This document shows, in pieces, positions 7,497 through 15,605 of a stretch of DNA of 20,311 nucleotides. Each line of letters opens with the position of its first letter. The stretch's first letter is position 1. A model generated the notes under the pieces. That model was not told where the DNA came from. It saw nothing but the letters and a program-made list of their open reading frames with translations, and made no database searches. This stretch comes from Planctomycetota bacterium (lineage in GTDB: Bacteria > Planctomycetota > MHYJ01 > WSZJ01). The position numbers and the translations under genes were made by a program. The stretch is taken from the NCBI GenBank assembly GCA_038060895.1, contig JBBTCT010000019.1:1-20311 (forward strand). Direction: 5' to 3'.

Positions 7497-9797
7497 ATGA
7501 GCCGTTGCCAGCTTTGCGGGGCGCCGTGTAACGAGGCGCAGGAACACTGCTCGAAGCCGTGCGCGCATGTCGCGAAGGAAGCGGCGCGGGACGGTATCGA
7601 GGCCCGCGTCCGGCGGGCGTTCCAGAGGCGGAAGCGTGCGCCGAGCCTGGCGCCGGACCCGGAAGCGGAACAGATGCTTTTTGAGGTTGAGGGTTTCTGG
7701 GGGCCTGGGTGCGCGGGCGCAGCGGAAGAAATCCTGCGCTGCGCTGCAGGCGTCCACGATGCGAGCATCGTCGGCGACACCGGCCGCGGGCGCGCTTCGT
7801 TCGACCCGGAACAGGTCATGGCACCCGCGATCCTCGACATTCTCCGGCGCTACGGCTTTCGCGCGACGCTCGTCCGGGACGCCTGGGCCCGGTCCGAGGG
7901 ATTCAGCAGAGCATGGGAACTGACGCTCGCCCTCCGGCTCGGCGTCAGCGTCACTCTTGCGATGATCGTATTCGTCCTCACGCTCCTGCTCGCATCCAGG
8001 TACATCGGCGACGAAGGCGGGGACCAGGCCGCCGGCACCGTCCGGGTTCTCATGCTGTTCCTCACGCTCCCCGTCCTTTGCTACGGCGGCTTCCCGATAT
8101 TCGCCAACGCCTTCTGGGCGGTCGCGCGCCGCCGCGTCACCGCCGACCTCCTCACCGCCGCCGCCGCCGCAGGCGCGTTCCTCCTCTCACTCCCAGCCGT
8201 CGTCGAGCACAAGCGGCCCATCCACTTCGACGCCGCCTGCGCCTGCGTCGTCCTCACACTCTTCGCCCGCCTCTGCGAGTACCGCGCCCGCCGCCGCCTG
8301 GCGCGCGTCGGCGAACGCTTCGCCGCCCTCGTCGCCGGCCCCGCCATGCGCGTCCGCAAGGGCGAGGAAATCGCCTGCGCCGCGGGCGAGCTCCGCCCCG
8401 GCGACGTCGTCCTCGTCGCCGCCGGCGCACGCGTTCCCGCGGACGGCGATGTCGTCGAGGGAAGCGGCGTCCTGGAACCCGTCTCCGGCGGGCGCGTCGA
8501 GTTCTCCCCGGGCGACCGCATCGCCGCAGGCGCGCGTCTCAACTCCGGCCGCCTCGTCCTTCGCGCGGAACGGACCGGCGCGGCGACCTCCGTCGGCGAA
8601 GTCGCCCGTATCGTCGAACACGCCCTCGCCTCGCGCATGCCCGGCTCCGCCGCCGTCACCCGTGGCCTCTTCTGGGCCGGCGCCGCCACCGCGACCTTCG
8701 GACTGCTCGCGCTCTTCCTCGGCGAAACGCGCGAACCGCTTCTCGCCGTCCTGCTCGCCGCTTCTCCGTCCGCCATCGCCCTCCTCCCCTCGATCGCCGG
8801 CCTCTCCGCGATGGGCCGCGCCGCCGAACGGCTTGCGTGCTTCCGGTCCGGCGAAGCGTTGGCCGCCGCCGCGAATGCGGACGGCGTCGTCCTCGCGCGC
8901 TCTGCGATGCTCGAGCCGCGCGCGACCGCCGACGCCGCCGCGATCCAGGGCGAACCCGCCGAGTTCTGGTCGGTCGTCGCGTCGCTCGTCTCCGTCGCCC
9001 AGGGTCCCGTCGCCGCCGCGATCCGGGAACGCGCGCGCTCCGAGGGCGCGACCCCCGCCCTCTCCGTCCCGCCCTCCGACGGCCCGCTGTCGCGCGCCCG
9101 CGTGGACGGCCGCGATGCCGCCGGCGGCGACCGCGCGGCGCTCGAGGGCCTCGGATGGAGAATCGCGGCCGAAGCGCGCCCCGCGCTCGCCGAGGAAGAG
9201 CGCGGCCGGACGCTCTTCTGGGCCGGCTGGGACGGAGAAATCCGCGGAGCGATCGCGATCGACGCGGCGGAGCGGCAGGGAGCGGCGGAGATCGGCTCGA
9301 GGCTGAAGCGCGCCGGCCTGCTGACGTGCCTGGCCGGCGCCGATGCGGATGCGGCGCTCGACGCGCAGGCCGCCAGGCTCGGGCTGGACACGTGGATGTC
9401 CGAAGCGGCGCTCGCGGACGGCATGGCGAAGCGGCGTGCGAACGGCCGGCGCACGGCGCTGGTCGCGCGTGCCGCGGTCGATCCGCCGCCGGGCTCGGAC
9501 GCGGCCGACCTCACGATCGCAGTGGACTGTGCCGAGGAAGGCGCGCCGGAGTGGGCCGCGGTTGTCGCGCTGGGTCCCGACGTGCGGGCGGTTGACGCCG
9601 CGCTCGGTTCGGCCAGGCGTGCGGCCCGGGCGCGCCGCCTCGGCGGCACCGCCGCGTTTCTGTACCACGTCGCGGCGCTTCCCTGCGCCGCGGCAGGGCT
9701 GGTCAGCCCGATGGCGGCCGTCGGGCTCGGGGCGGTGTGCGCGCTAGGGCTGATCCACACCGCTCTGCGAGCCGGCGGGAATCCAGGCGGGCAGTAA
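7497..9797 (+). CDS. Degenerate (predicted catalytically inactive) heavy-metal P1B-type ATPase homologue, CcoI/FixI-like architecture (766 aa)
   Basis: Start reassigned to ATG 7497. Has an N-terminal CxxC...CxxxC module, an HMA-like domain (FEVEGFWGPGC), TM segments (LTLPVLCYGGFPIF, HFDAACA), an A-domain (ELRPGDVVLV..GARVPADGDVVEG), GEIRGAIAI and a C-terminal YHVAALPCAAAGLVSP. DKTGT, TGES, CPC, HP, TGD and GDGxND are all absent. Confidence 0.8.
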   Translation: MSRCQLCGAPCNEAQEHCSKPCAHVAKEAARDGIEARVRRAFQRRKRAPSLAPDPEAEQMLFEVEGFWGPGCAGAAEEILRCAAGVHDASIVGDTGRGRASFDPEQVMAPAILDILRRYGFRATLVRDAWARSEGFSRAWELTLALRLGVSVTLAMIVFVLTLLLASRYIGDEGGDQAAGTVRVLMLFLTLPVLCYGGFPIFANAFWAVARRRVTADLLTAAAAAGAFLLSLPAVVEHKRPIHFDAACACVVLTLFARLCEYRARRRLARVGERFAALVAGPAMRVRKGEEIACAAGELRPGDVVLVAAGARVPADGDVVEGSGVLEPVSGGRVEFSPGDRIAAGARLNSGRLVLRAERTGAATSVGEVARIVEHALASRMPGSAAVTRGLFWAGAATATFGLLALFLGETREPLLAVLLAASPSAIALLPSIAGLSAMGRAAERLACFRSGEALAAAANADGVVLARSAMLEPRATADAAAIQGEPAEFWSVVASLVSVAQGPVAAAIRERARSEGATPALSVPPSDGPLSRARVDGRDAAGGDRAALEGLGWRIAAEARPALAEEERGRTLFWAGWDGEIRGAIAIDAAERQGAAEIGSRLKRAGLLTCLAGADADAALDAQAARLGLDTWMSEAALADGMAKRRANGRRTALVARAAVDPPPGSDAADLTIAVDCAEEGAPEWAAVVALGPDVRAVDAALGSARRAARARRLGGTAAFLYHVAALPCAAAGLVSPMAAVGLGAVCALGLIHTALRAGGNPGGQ

Positions 9798-9841
9798 GAG
9801 CGGCGACGGCCGGGAAGCAGGCGATTCAGGACCGCAGATTT

Positions 9842-9873
9842 ATACTTGACTATTTTGATCAACATTGTAAGCT
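9842..9873 (+). promoter_or_regulatory. sigma70-like promoter overlapped by an Rrf2-family (IscR/CymR-like) operator upstream of cysC
   Basis: AT-rich island with TTGACT (9846-9851), 16 nt, TAAGCT (9868-9873). The 25-mer ATACTTGACTATTTTGATCAACATT has a TTGA-N9-TCAA dyad resembling the IscR type-1 consensus. SD AAGGAG at 9895-9900. Confidence 0.6.
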
Positions 9874-9906
9874 TGCCCCGTCCAACATCGATTCAAGGAG
9901 ACTTCA

Positions 9907-10467
9907 ATGCCGCACAAGGGCTTCACCCTCTGGTTCACGGGCCTGTCCGGCTCCGGCAAGTCCACCCTCTCCAACCGCCTCGCGCAGGAATTCCGCCAGC
10001 GCGACTACAGGGTCGAACTGCTCGACGGCGACGAACTTCGCACACATCTCTCCAGGGGACTCGGTTTCTCCCGCGAAGACCGCGACACCAACGTCCGCCG
10101 CATCGGCTACGTCGCCAAACTCCTGTCCCGCAACGGCGTCATCGCCATCACCGCCGCCATCTCACCTTACCGCGACACCCGCAACGAAATCCGCCGCGAA
10201 CACCGCGATTTTGTCGAGGTTTACGCGGAAGCGGCGATCGAGAAACTGGCGGAGCGCGACGTGAAGGGTCTCTATCGAAAGGCGCAGGCCGGCGAAATCG
10301 CGAATTTCACCGGCGTCTCCGACCCCTACGAACCGCCTCACGGCGCGGAGGTCGTCGTCCACACCGACCGCGAAACCGTGGACGAGTCCCTCGACCGGAT
10401 CCTGACGTTCCTCGAAGAAAACGGCTTCATCGACGCAGAAGCGCCGGTCGCCGCGAGTGCGCTCTGA
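9907..10467 (+). CDS. cysC: Adenylyl-sulfate (APS) kinase
   Basis: [15 protein letters not shown]-loop, [49 protein letters not shown]. Confidence 0.97.
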   Translation: MPHKGFTLWFTGLSGSGKSTLSNRLAQEFRQRDYRVELLDGDELRTHLSRGLGFSREDRDTNVRRIGYVAKLLSRNGVIAITAAISPYRDTRNEIRREHRDFVEVYAEAAIEKLAERDVKGLYRKAQAGEIANFTGVSDPYEPPHGAEVVVHTDRETVDESLDRILTFLEENGFIDAEAPVAASAL

Positions 10468-10476
10468 ACGACGCCG

Positions 10477-10511
10477 CTCCGCGGGGGTAACCTGTCTCAC
10501 CCCCTGCGGAG
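10477..10511 (+). other. Intergenic GC-rich stem-loop between cysC and the PHP gene
   Basis: CTCCGCGGGGGT (10477-10488) pairs with ACCCCCTGCGGAG (10499-10511) with one bulge; there is no U-tract. Confidence 0.55.
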
Positions 10512-10523
10512 TCGCCGAACACC

Positions 10524-11369
10524 ATGCACCACGAACGCTTTGTCGATCTCCACTCCCACACAACCGCCAGCGACGGCTCGCTTCGCCCGGCCGAACTCGT
10601 CCGGAAAGCCGCTGCCGAAGGACTCACCGCCCTCGCCGTAACGGATCACGACACGATCGAAGGACTGGCCGAAGCGCGCGACGAATCGCGCAAGGCCGGA
10701 ATCGAGCTGGTGAACGGGATGGAACTGTCCGTGAAGTGGAATGAAGGGACGTTTCACCTTCTGGGTTACCTGTTCGAGGAGGGGCCGGGACTGGCCGAGG
10801 GGCTTGCAAAACTGCAGGCGCTTCGCCACGACCGCAACCTGCGCATGCTCGCGAAAATGAACGAGCTGGGGATCGACGTGAGCCACGCCGACATCGCCGC
10901 CGAGAGCGGCGGAGGCCAGGTAGGGCGCCCGCACATGGCGAAGGCACTCGTGCGGAAAGGCCACGCCGCGTCCATCCACGATGCGTTCGAGAAACTGCTG
11001 CGCCGCGGGCGGCCGGCGTACGTGATCGTGGACCGGCTGGAGCCCTCCGACGCGTTCTCCCTCGTGCGCCACGCGGGCGGAGTGCCTGTCATCGCGCACC
11101 CGTACCAGCTGCGGCTGACCGAGGAGGAGCTGGATGCGCGGGTCGCGGGCTGGAAGAAAGACGGCCTCGGCGGGATCGAAGTCCAGCACTCGTCGCATGA
11201 CGCAGCGCGTCAATCGTTCCTGGAAGGTCTCGCGAAACGCCACGGGCTCGCCGCCACCGGAGGAAGCGATTTCCACGGCGACACGAAACCGGACGCGCGC
11301 CTCGGCTGGGCGGGAGGCGGGGCTCGCATCCCCCTTTCCCGGCTCGATGACCTGAAACGGAGGAAGTAG
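10524..11369 (+). CDS. PHP-domain metallophosphoesterase (TrpH/YciV, COG0613-type); candidate 3',5'-nucleoside bisphosphate (pAp) phosphatase
   Basis: Motifs DLHSHTTASDG, AVTDHDT, GMELS, HLLGY, GRPHMA, VIAHP, GIEV, TGGSDFHG. Confidence 0.9.
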   Translation: MHHERFVDLHSHTTASDGSLRPAELVRKAAAEGLTALAVTDHDTIEGLAEARDESRKAGIELVNGMELSVKWNEGTFHLLGYLFEEGPGLAEGLAKLQALRHDRNLRMLAKMNELGIDVSHADIAAESGGGQVGRPHMAKALVRKGHAASIHDAFEKLLRRGRPAYVIVDRLEPSDAFSLVRHAGGVPVIAHPYQLRLTEEELDARVAGWKKDGLGGIEVQHSSHDAARQSFLEGLAKRHGLAATGGSDFHGDTKPDARLGWAGGGARIPLSRLDDLKRRK

Positions 11370-11370
11370 A

Positions 11371-12066
11371 GTGACGACTTCAATCGCCGTCGGCGAGTGG
11401 ACGGACGCCTCCGCTTCCCTCGAAGGAAAATCCCCCGAGGACATCCTCGACTGGGCGACGGCGCGCTTCTCGCCGAAGCTCACCATGGCGACGGCGATGG
11501 GGGCCGAGGGATGCTGCATCGTCGCGATGCTCGCGAAAATCGGCAGGCCGGTGCGGATCTTCAACCTCGACACGGACTACCAGTTCGAAGAGACGCTCGA
11601 CACGAAGAAGCGCCTCGAGGAGAAGTACGGGCTCCAGATCGAAACGGTCCGCGCGGAACGCACCAGAGCCGAAATCGAGGCGGAATTCGGGCCGGACCTG
11701 TGGAAACGGGACACGAATCTGTGCTGCAGGATCCGAAAGGTCGAGCCGCTTCGCGAAACGGTGAAAGGCTGCGACGCGTGGGTGAGCGCGATCCGCCGCG
11801 ACCAGACGCCGGACCGGGCGCAGTCCGCAATCGTCGAGTGGGACGCCCGCTTCCAGCTCGTGAAAGTAAACCCTCTGCTCAACTGGACCTGGAAAAACGT
11901 GTGGTCGTACATCCACACGAACGACGTCCCGTACAACCCGCTTCATGACAGCGGCTACCCCTCGATCGGCTGCTGGCCCTGCACCAAACGGGTGGCCCCG
12001 GGCGCCGATCCGCGCAGCGGCCGGTGGAGCGGCGAGAAGACAGAGTGCGGACTGCACGCGCGCTAG
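11371..12066 (+). CDS. cysH: (Phospho)adenylyl-sulfate reductase, 4Fe-4S-motif type
   Basis: LDTDYQFEET, CCRIRKVEPL, AIRRDQ, KVNPL, YNPLHDSGYPSIGCWPCT, RSGRW, C-terminal KTECGLH. GTG start follows the PHP stop after a 1-nt gap. Confidence 0.95.
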   Translation: MTTSIAVGEWTDASASLEGKSPEDILDWATARFSPKLTMATAMGAEGCCIVAMLAKIGRPVRIFNLDTDYQFEETLDTKKRLEEKYGLQIETVRAERTRAEIEAEFGPDLWKRDTNLCCRIRKVEPLRETVKGCDAWVSAIRRDQTPDRAQSAIVEWDARFQLVKVNPLLNWTWKNVWSYIHTNDVPYNPLHDSGYPSIGCWPCTKRVAPGADPRSGRWSGEKTECGLHAR

Positions 12067-14102
12067 TCAGCGCGAAGCACCGCCCATCCCAGTTCAGGAA
12101 TCACGACTCTCCGCGGGTCCCGCCGTTCCCCCGTGAACGCGCAGCGGCACGCGCCGATCCCGTCCACGCGCGTCGCGACGCTGGGGCCGTGGTTCACGAG
12201 GAAGGCGTACTTGCCCCGCATCCACGCCTCGACGCGCGGAGCGTCCGCCGTCAGGCCGGGCTCGACCGCGAGAAGAGCATGCGCGAAGTCGCGCCGCATG
12301 CGCAGCTCGGATTCGTTGATGTCGTAGAAAGCGGGGCGATCGTAATCGGAGGTGAACGAGGCGCCGATGCGGACGGTGCGTCCCCAGTCGTTGTGCTGCA
12401 CGGCGCCGAGCGGCTCGCCGTCAGGGGCGCGGAGAAAAACGTCGCCGCCCTCAGGAATGCGGCGACGGGCGCCGTGGACGCGTAGCGCACCGGCGGCGCC
12501 GGCAAGCGAGCAGACGGCGATTTCCGACGGCAGGTCGATCAGCCCATCCAGCGACAGCCAGCCAAGAGGGCCCCACGGCCGCGGATCCTCCCCGCTGGCC
12601 AGCTCGATCAGCGTCGCCCCGCCGGCGGACGCCGCTTCCAGCTTGATGCGGGCCTCCGGCGGCAGCAGATCCGGGCGCACGCAGACGATTGCCAGGAATC
12701 TCTCGAGATCCGGGGCTTCGACGTCGTCGAGATCGAGGACGGCGGGGTCGTAGCCGGCGAAGCGCAGCCACGCGAACGCGCCGGGTCCCTCGATTGACCA
12801 GACCCGCCCTCGATCCCCCGGGTCGGCCGCGTGCGACCTGTGCGTCACGACGGCGACCTTCGACTCGTGCGGCGACCGCGCCAGTTCCATCCCGTGCCGG
12901 GCGACGAAGCGCGCGAACTTCGCGACGACGTCCCAGCGCGACGTCGCGTCGCCGTGAAGCGCGATCGGCGCCGCGGGCCCGTACAGCGTCCCGTCGCCGT
13001 TCAGGCCCTCGCGCATCACGTACAGCGACCCGCCCTTCAGCCCGCTTCCCAGCAGTTGTGCCAGCAGCTGCCCTGTCACGCGGGGATCGCATTCTGCGGT
13101 CAACCCGAGAAGATGTTTCAGGTGCATCGACTGGATTTCCGCCGCGTACACGAAGTTCCGCTTCGAATGGCACTCGAACAACCGCGTGAAGTACGGCGCC
13201 TGGAAGGGCTGGTCGGTCGGCGCGGTGGAGATCGGCTGCGGGATTCCCTTGGGGTAGGTGTCGAGCGCGAGCATCGCGACGGACGACTTGCGCGGCCCGT
13301 CGGTGAGGACGTTGTGGCGGCCCGGGATCGCAAACGGGGAGTCGTTCGTCGTGAAGAGGACGTCGCCCTCGTCGATTCCGAGTTCGTGCCAGAACCACTT
13401 GAGGTCCGCGAGGTAACGCCGGCAGTGTTCCTGCCTTTCTTCGTAACCGCCCGCCACGTCCACCTGCGCAAGGTCGGTCCACCAGAGATTCGTCTCGTTG
13501 TCGAGCTGCAGGATCGCGACGCACGGGCGCTCGACCATGTACCGCCGGATGACGGGCGCGACGGCCGCGAACCACTTCTTTGTCGCCGCAAGAAATTCCG
13601 GCGCGTCGTAGCGCGGCTGCGTCTGGTCGCGCCCGCCGAGCGGGTCGAACGTCCACGCCCGTCCCGCCGACGTCTGCGCGAGCGCCCCGGGATACCGCGT
13701 GCGGAACCAGGACGGCACCGCCCCGAACGACCCGAACCCGCGCGGCCACTCCGCCGTGATGAACGGCCCCGGCTTCAGCCCGACGATGAACCCCCGCGCG
13801 TAGGCCAGCGCGAGAAACTTGTCCAGGTCCCGGTCCCCGTCCCACCGGAACTTCCCTTCCTCATCCTCGTGCCAGTCCCACGGCACGTACGTCGTCACGT
13901 GGTTCATCCCCGCCGCCGCCATCCGGTCCAGCGTCTCCTGCCAGATCTCGTGCGTCCGCTCGGGGTCCCCGTGCGGGTCCCGGTTCCGGAAATACTGCAC
14001 TTCCCCGCCAAACGGCACGACCGCCCGGCCGTTGAAGTGAAGCAGGCCGTCGCGGATCGCAACTCTGGGCCGGGTTTCGGGTTTAAGATTCAGGGGAGCC
14101 AC
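12063..14102 (-). CDS. Glycoside hydrolase family 35 (beta-galactosidase-like) with GH42-like C-terminal trimerisation-type region
   Basis: FGGEVQYFR, RMAAAGMNHVTTYVPWDWHE..EGKF.W, KPGPFITAEW, acid/base motif QLDNE, candidate nucleophile AAEIQ; no signal peptide. Confidence 0.85.
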   Translation of the reverse strand: MAPLNLKPETRPRVAIRDGLLHFNGRAVVPFGGEVQYFRNRDPHGDPERTHEIWQETLDRMAAAGMNHVTTYVPWDWHEDEEGKFRWDGDRDLDKFLALAYARGFIVGLKPGPFITAEWPRGFGSFGAVPSWFRTRYPGALAQTSAGRAWTFDPLGGRDQTQPRYDAPEFLAATKKWFAAVAPVIRRYMVERPCVAILQLDNETNLWWTDLAQVDVAGGYEERQEHCRRYLADLKWFWHELGIDEGDVLFTTNDSPFAIPGRHNVLTDGPRKSSVAMLALDTYPKGIPQPISTAPTDQPFQAPYFTRLFECHSKRNFVYAAEIQSMHLKHLLGLTAECDPRVTGQLLAQLLGSGLKGGSLYVMREGLNGDGTLYGPAAPIALHGDATSRWDVVAKFARFVARHGMELARSPHESKVAVVTHRSHAADPGDRGRVWSIEGPGAFAWLRFAGYDPAVLDLDDVEAPDLERFLAIVCVRPDLLPPEARIKLEAASAGGATLIELASGEDPRPWGPLGWLSLDGLIDLPSEIAVCSLAGAAGALRVHGARRRIPEGGDVFLRAPDGEPLGAVQHNDWGRTVRIGASFTSDYDRPAFYDINESELRMRRDFAHALLAVEPGLTADAPRVEAWMRGKYAFLVNHGPSVATRVDGIGACRCAFTGERRDPRRVVIPELGWAVLRAD

Positions 14103-14137
14103 GCGCTGGTAATGTAGAGGTCCACGCCGAACTGACC

Positions 14138-15397
14138 ATGAAAACGCTCTTCACCGCCTTCCTCCTCATATCGGCCGCCACCGCGGGCCCGATGTTCGAC
14201 GATCCGCGCGCCGGCGTCGCCTTCCCGACGCCCGACGGCTGGACCGAGGTTCCCACACCCCCCGTCCCCGACGACGCCGAGCCCTCCGATTCCCCCCTCA
14301 CCCCGCTCGTCCGCTTCCAGTCCTCCCGCCCCGCCGCCGACGGAACCCTCGCACGCCTCGATGTCTTCTTTGTGCGCGCTTCGAGCCTGGACGAAGCGCA
14401 GAAAGCATTCGAGCGCGGCATGCAGGATTCATGGAGAGGGTTCGAGGTCTCCGAGCGCCGCGATCTGGGAAGCGCGAAGTCCTTTTCAGCGAAGATCGAA
14501 GGCGGCAAGGCGTTCGGCGCGGTGGTGCAGGACGGGAAGCGGTTTGCCGGGATTCTCCTGGCAGGCGGCGGGGACACGACCGACGCGCCGGTGATCGCGG
14601 CGACGGGAACGTGGGCCTGGTCGCGCCCCGATCCCGATGCGCCGCTGAGAGTTCAACCCGGCTGGAAAGCGCGCGAGACGCAGCACTACCGGATCCGCTA
14701 CGCGGGAGACGACGACTTCGCGGCCGAGGTCGGCCGGCACCTCGAAGCGATTTCCACCGAGCTGCGCCGGGTTCTGCCTCTCGAGGTTCCAGGGACGTCC
14801 CGCCGCGCGTTCGACGTCCGCCTCTTCGGAAACGAACGGGAGTTTGAAGCGTACGCCGCGCTCAACGGCGTGAACGGCGCCGAGGCGTATTTCAGCCCCG
14901 CGCAAGGTGAGCTCGTGGCGCACATGGACGGACGCGCCCCCGAGCGGACGTTTCACGTGCTCTATCACGAAGCGACGCACCAGTACCTGCGCGATGCGCT
15001 CGGCAAGGGCGTCCGCATTCCAATCTGGCTCGACGAAGGTCTCGCCGAGATCTTCTACCCGGGAACCTTCGGCGCCGGCGGCCGGTTCACGCTCAAGGAG
15101 AACCTAGGCCGGCGAGACGAGGCAAGGGACGCGGTGGTGGACGGAAGAGCTCCGACGCTGGAGAAAATGTTCGCCATGACGCGCGACGAGTTCTACGCGC
15201 TGGAGCCGTCGTACGGCCTCGGGTGGTCCGTGGCGCATTTTCTGCTGAACGATCCGAGATACCGGGGAACTGTCGTGGGATATCTCGAAGCGCTGAGGGA
15301 GACTAAAGACGATGGAAAGGCGCGAGAGAAGGCGTGGACGAATTTCACGGTGGAACAGCTGGAGCGCGATTGGAAGAAGTGGGTCGTTGAAGAGTAG
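14138..15397 (+). CDS. Secreted DUF1570 / peptidase MA-like zinc metallopeptidase
   Basis: Signal peptide MKTLFTAFLLISAATAG; ETQHYRIR, AEAYFSP, VLYHEATHQY (HExxH), PIWLDEGLAE, YGLGWSVAHFLL. Confidence 0.85.
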   Translation: MKTLFTAFLLISAATAGPMFDDPRAGVAFPTPDGWTEVPTPPVPDDAEPSDSPLTPLVRFQSSRPAADGTLARLDVFFVRASSLDEAQKAFERGMQDSWRGFEVSERRDLGSAKSFSAKIEGGKAFGAVVQDGKRFAGILLAGGGDTTDAPVIAATGTWAWSRPDPDAPLRVQPGWKARETQHYRIRYAGDDDFAAEVGRHLEAISTELRRVLPLEVPGTSRRAFDVRLFGNEREFEAYAALNGVNGAEAYFSPAQGELVAHMDGRAPERTFHVLYHEATHQYLRDALGKGVRIPIWLDEGLAEIFYPGTFGAGGRFTLKENLGRRDEARDAVVDGRAPTLEKMFAMTRDEFYALEPSYGLGWSVAHFLLNDPRYRGTVVGYLEALRETKDDGKAREKAWTNFTVEQLERDWKKWVVEE

Positions 15398-15408
15398 CCG
15401 CTTGAACG

Positions 15409-15553
15409 AAAGAGACTGCAGCCGCAGAGGGCGCAGAGATCTGCCAGAGCTGGACAGGTCTTGACTCTTGAGGTGCCTTGCCCGCTCGGAGGGTCCATTT
15501 CTCGAGTCGATTTTCTCGGCGAACTCTGCATCCTCTGCGGCTCAAGTCTTTTT
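15409..15553. repeat. 145-bp inverted-repeat element with 9-nt-periodic arms, ending in a T-run (may double as terminator)
   Basis: AAAGAGACTGCAGCCGCAGAGGGCGCAGAG (15409-15438) pairs with CTCTGCATCCTCTGCGGCTCAAGTCTTTTT (15524-15553) at 25/30. The right arm has units CTCGGCGAA CTCTGCATC CTCTGCGGC. Confidence 0.8.
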
Positions 15554-15605
15554 TTGACGCCAGCCCCACGCGCCAATGCGAATCGCGTATGTTGTCTGCG
15601 ACCGC

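Noticed and set aside
7709-9865. Long alternative-frame and antisense ORFs (628, 594, 493 aa) over the ATPase-like gene
   Set aside because: Low-complexity Arg/Ala/Pro translations expected from stop-codon scarcity at very high GC. None contains the missing DKTGT or TGES motifs, so a hidden frameshift does not explain their loss.
12451-14117. 464-aa and 428-aa ORFs overlapping the GH35 gene
   Set aside because: Shadow ORFs with no recognisable motifs; the GH35 frame carries the family motifs.
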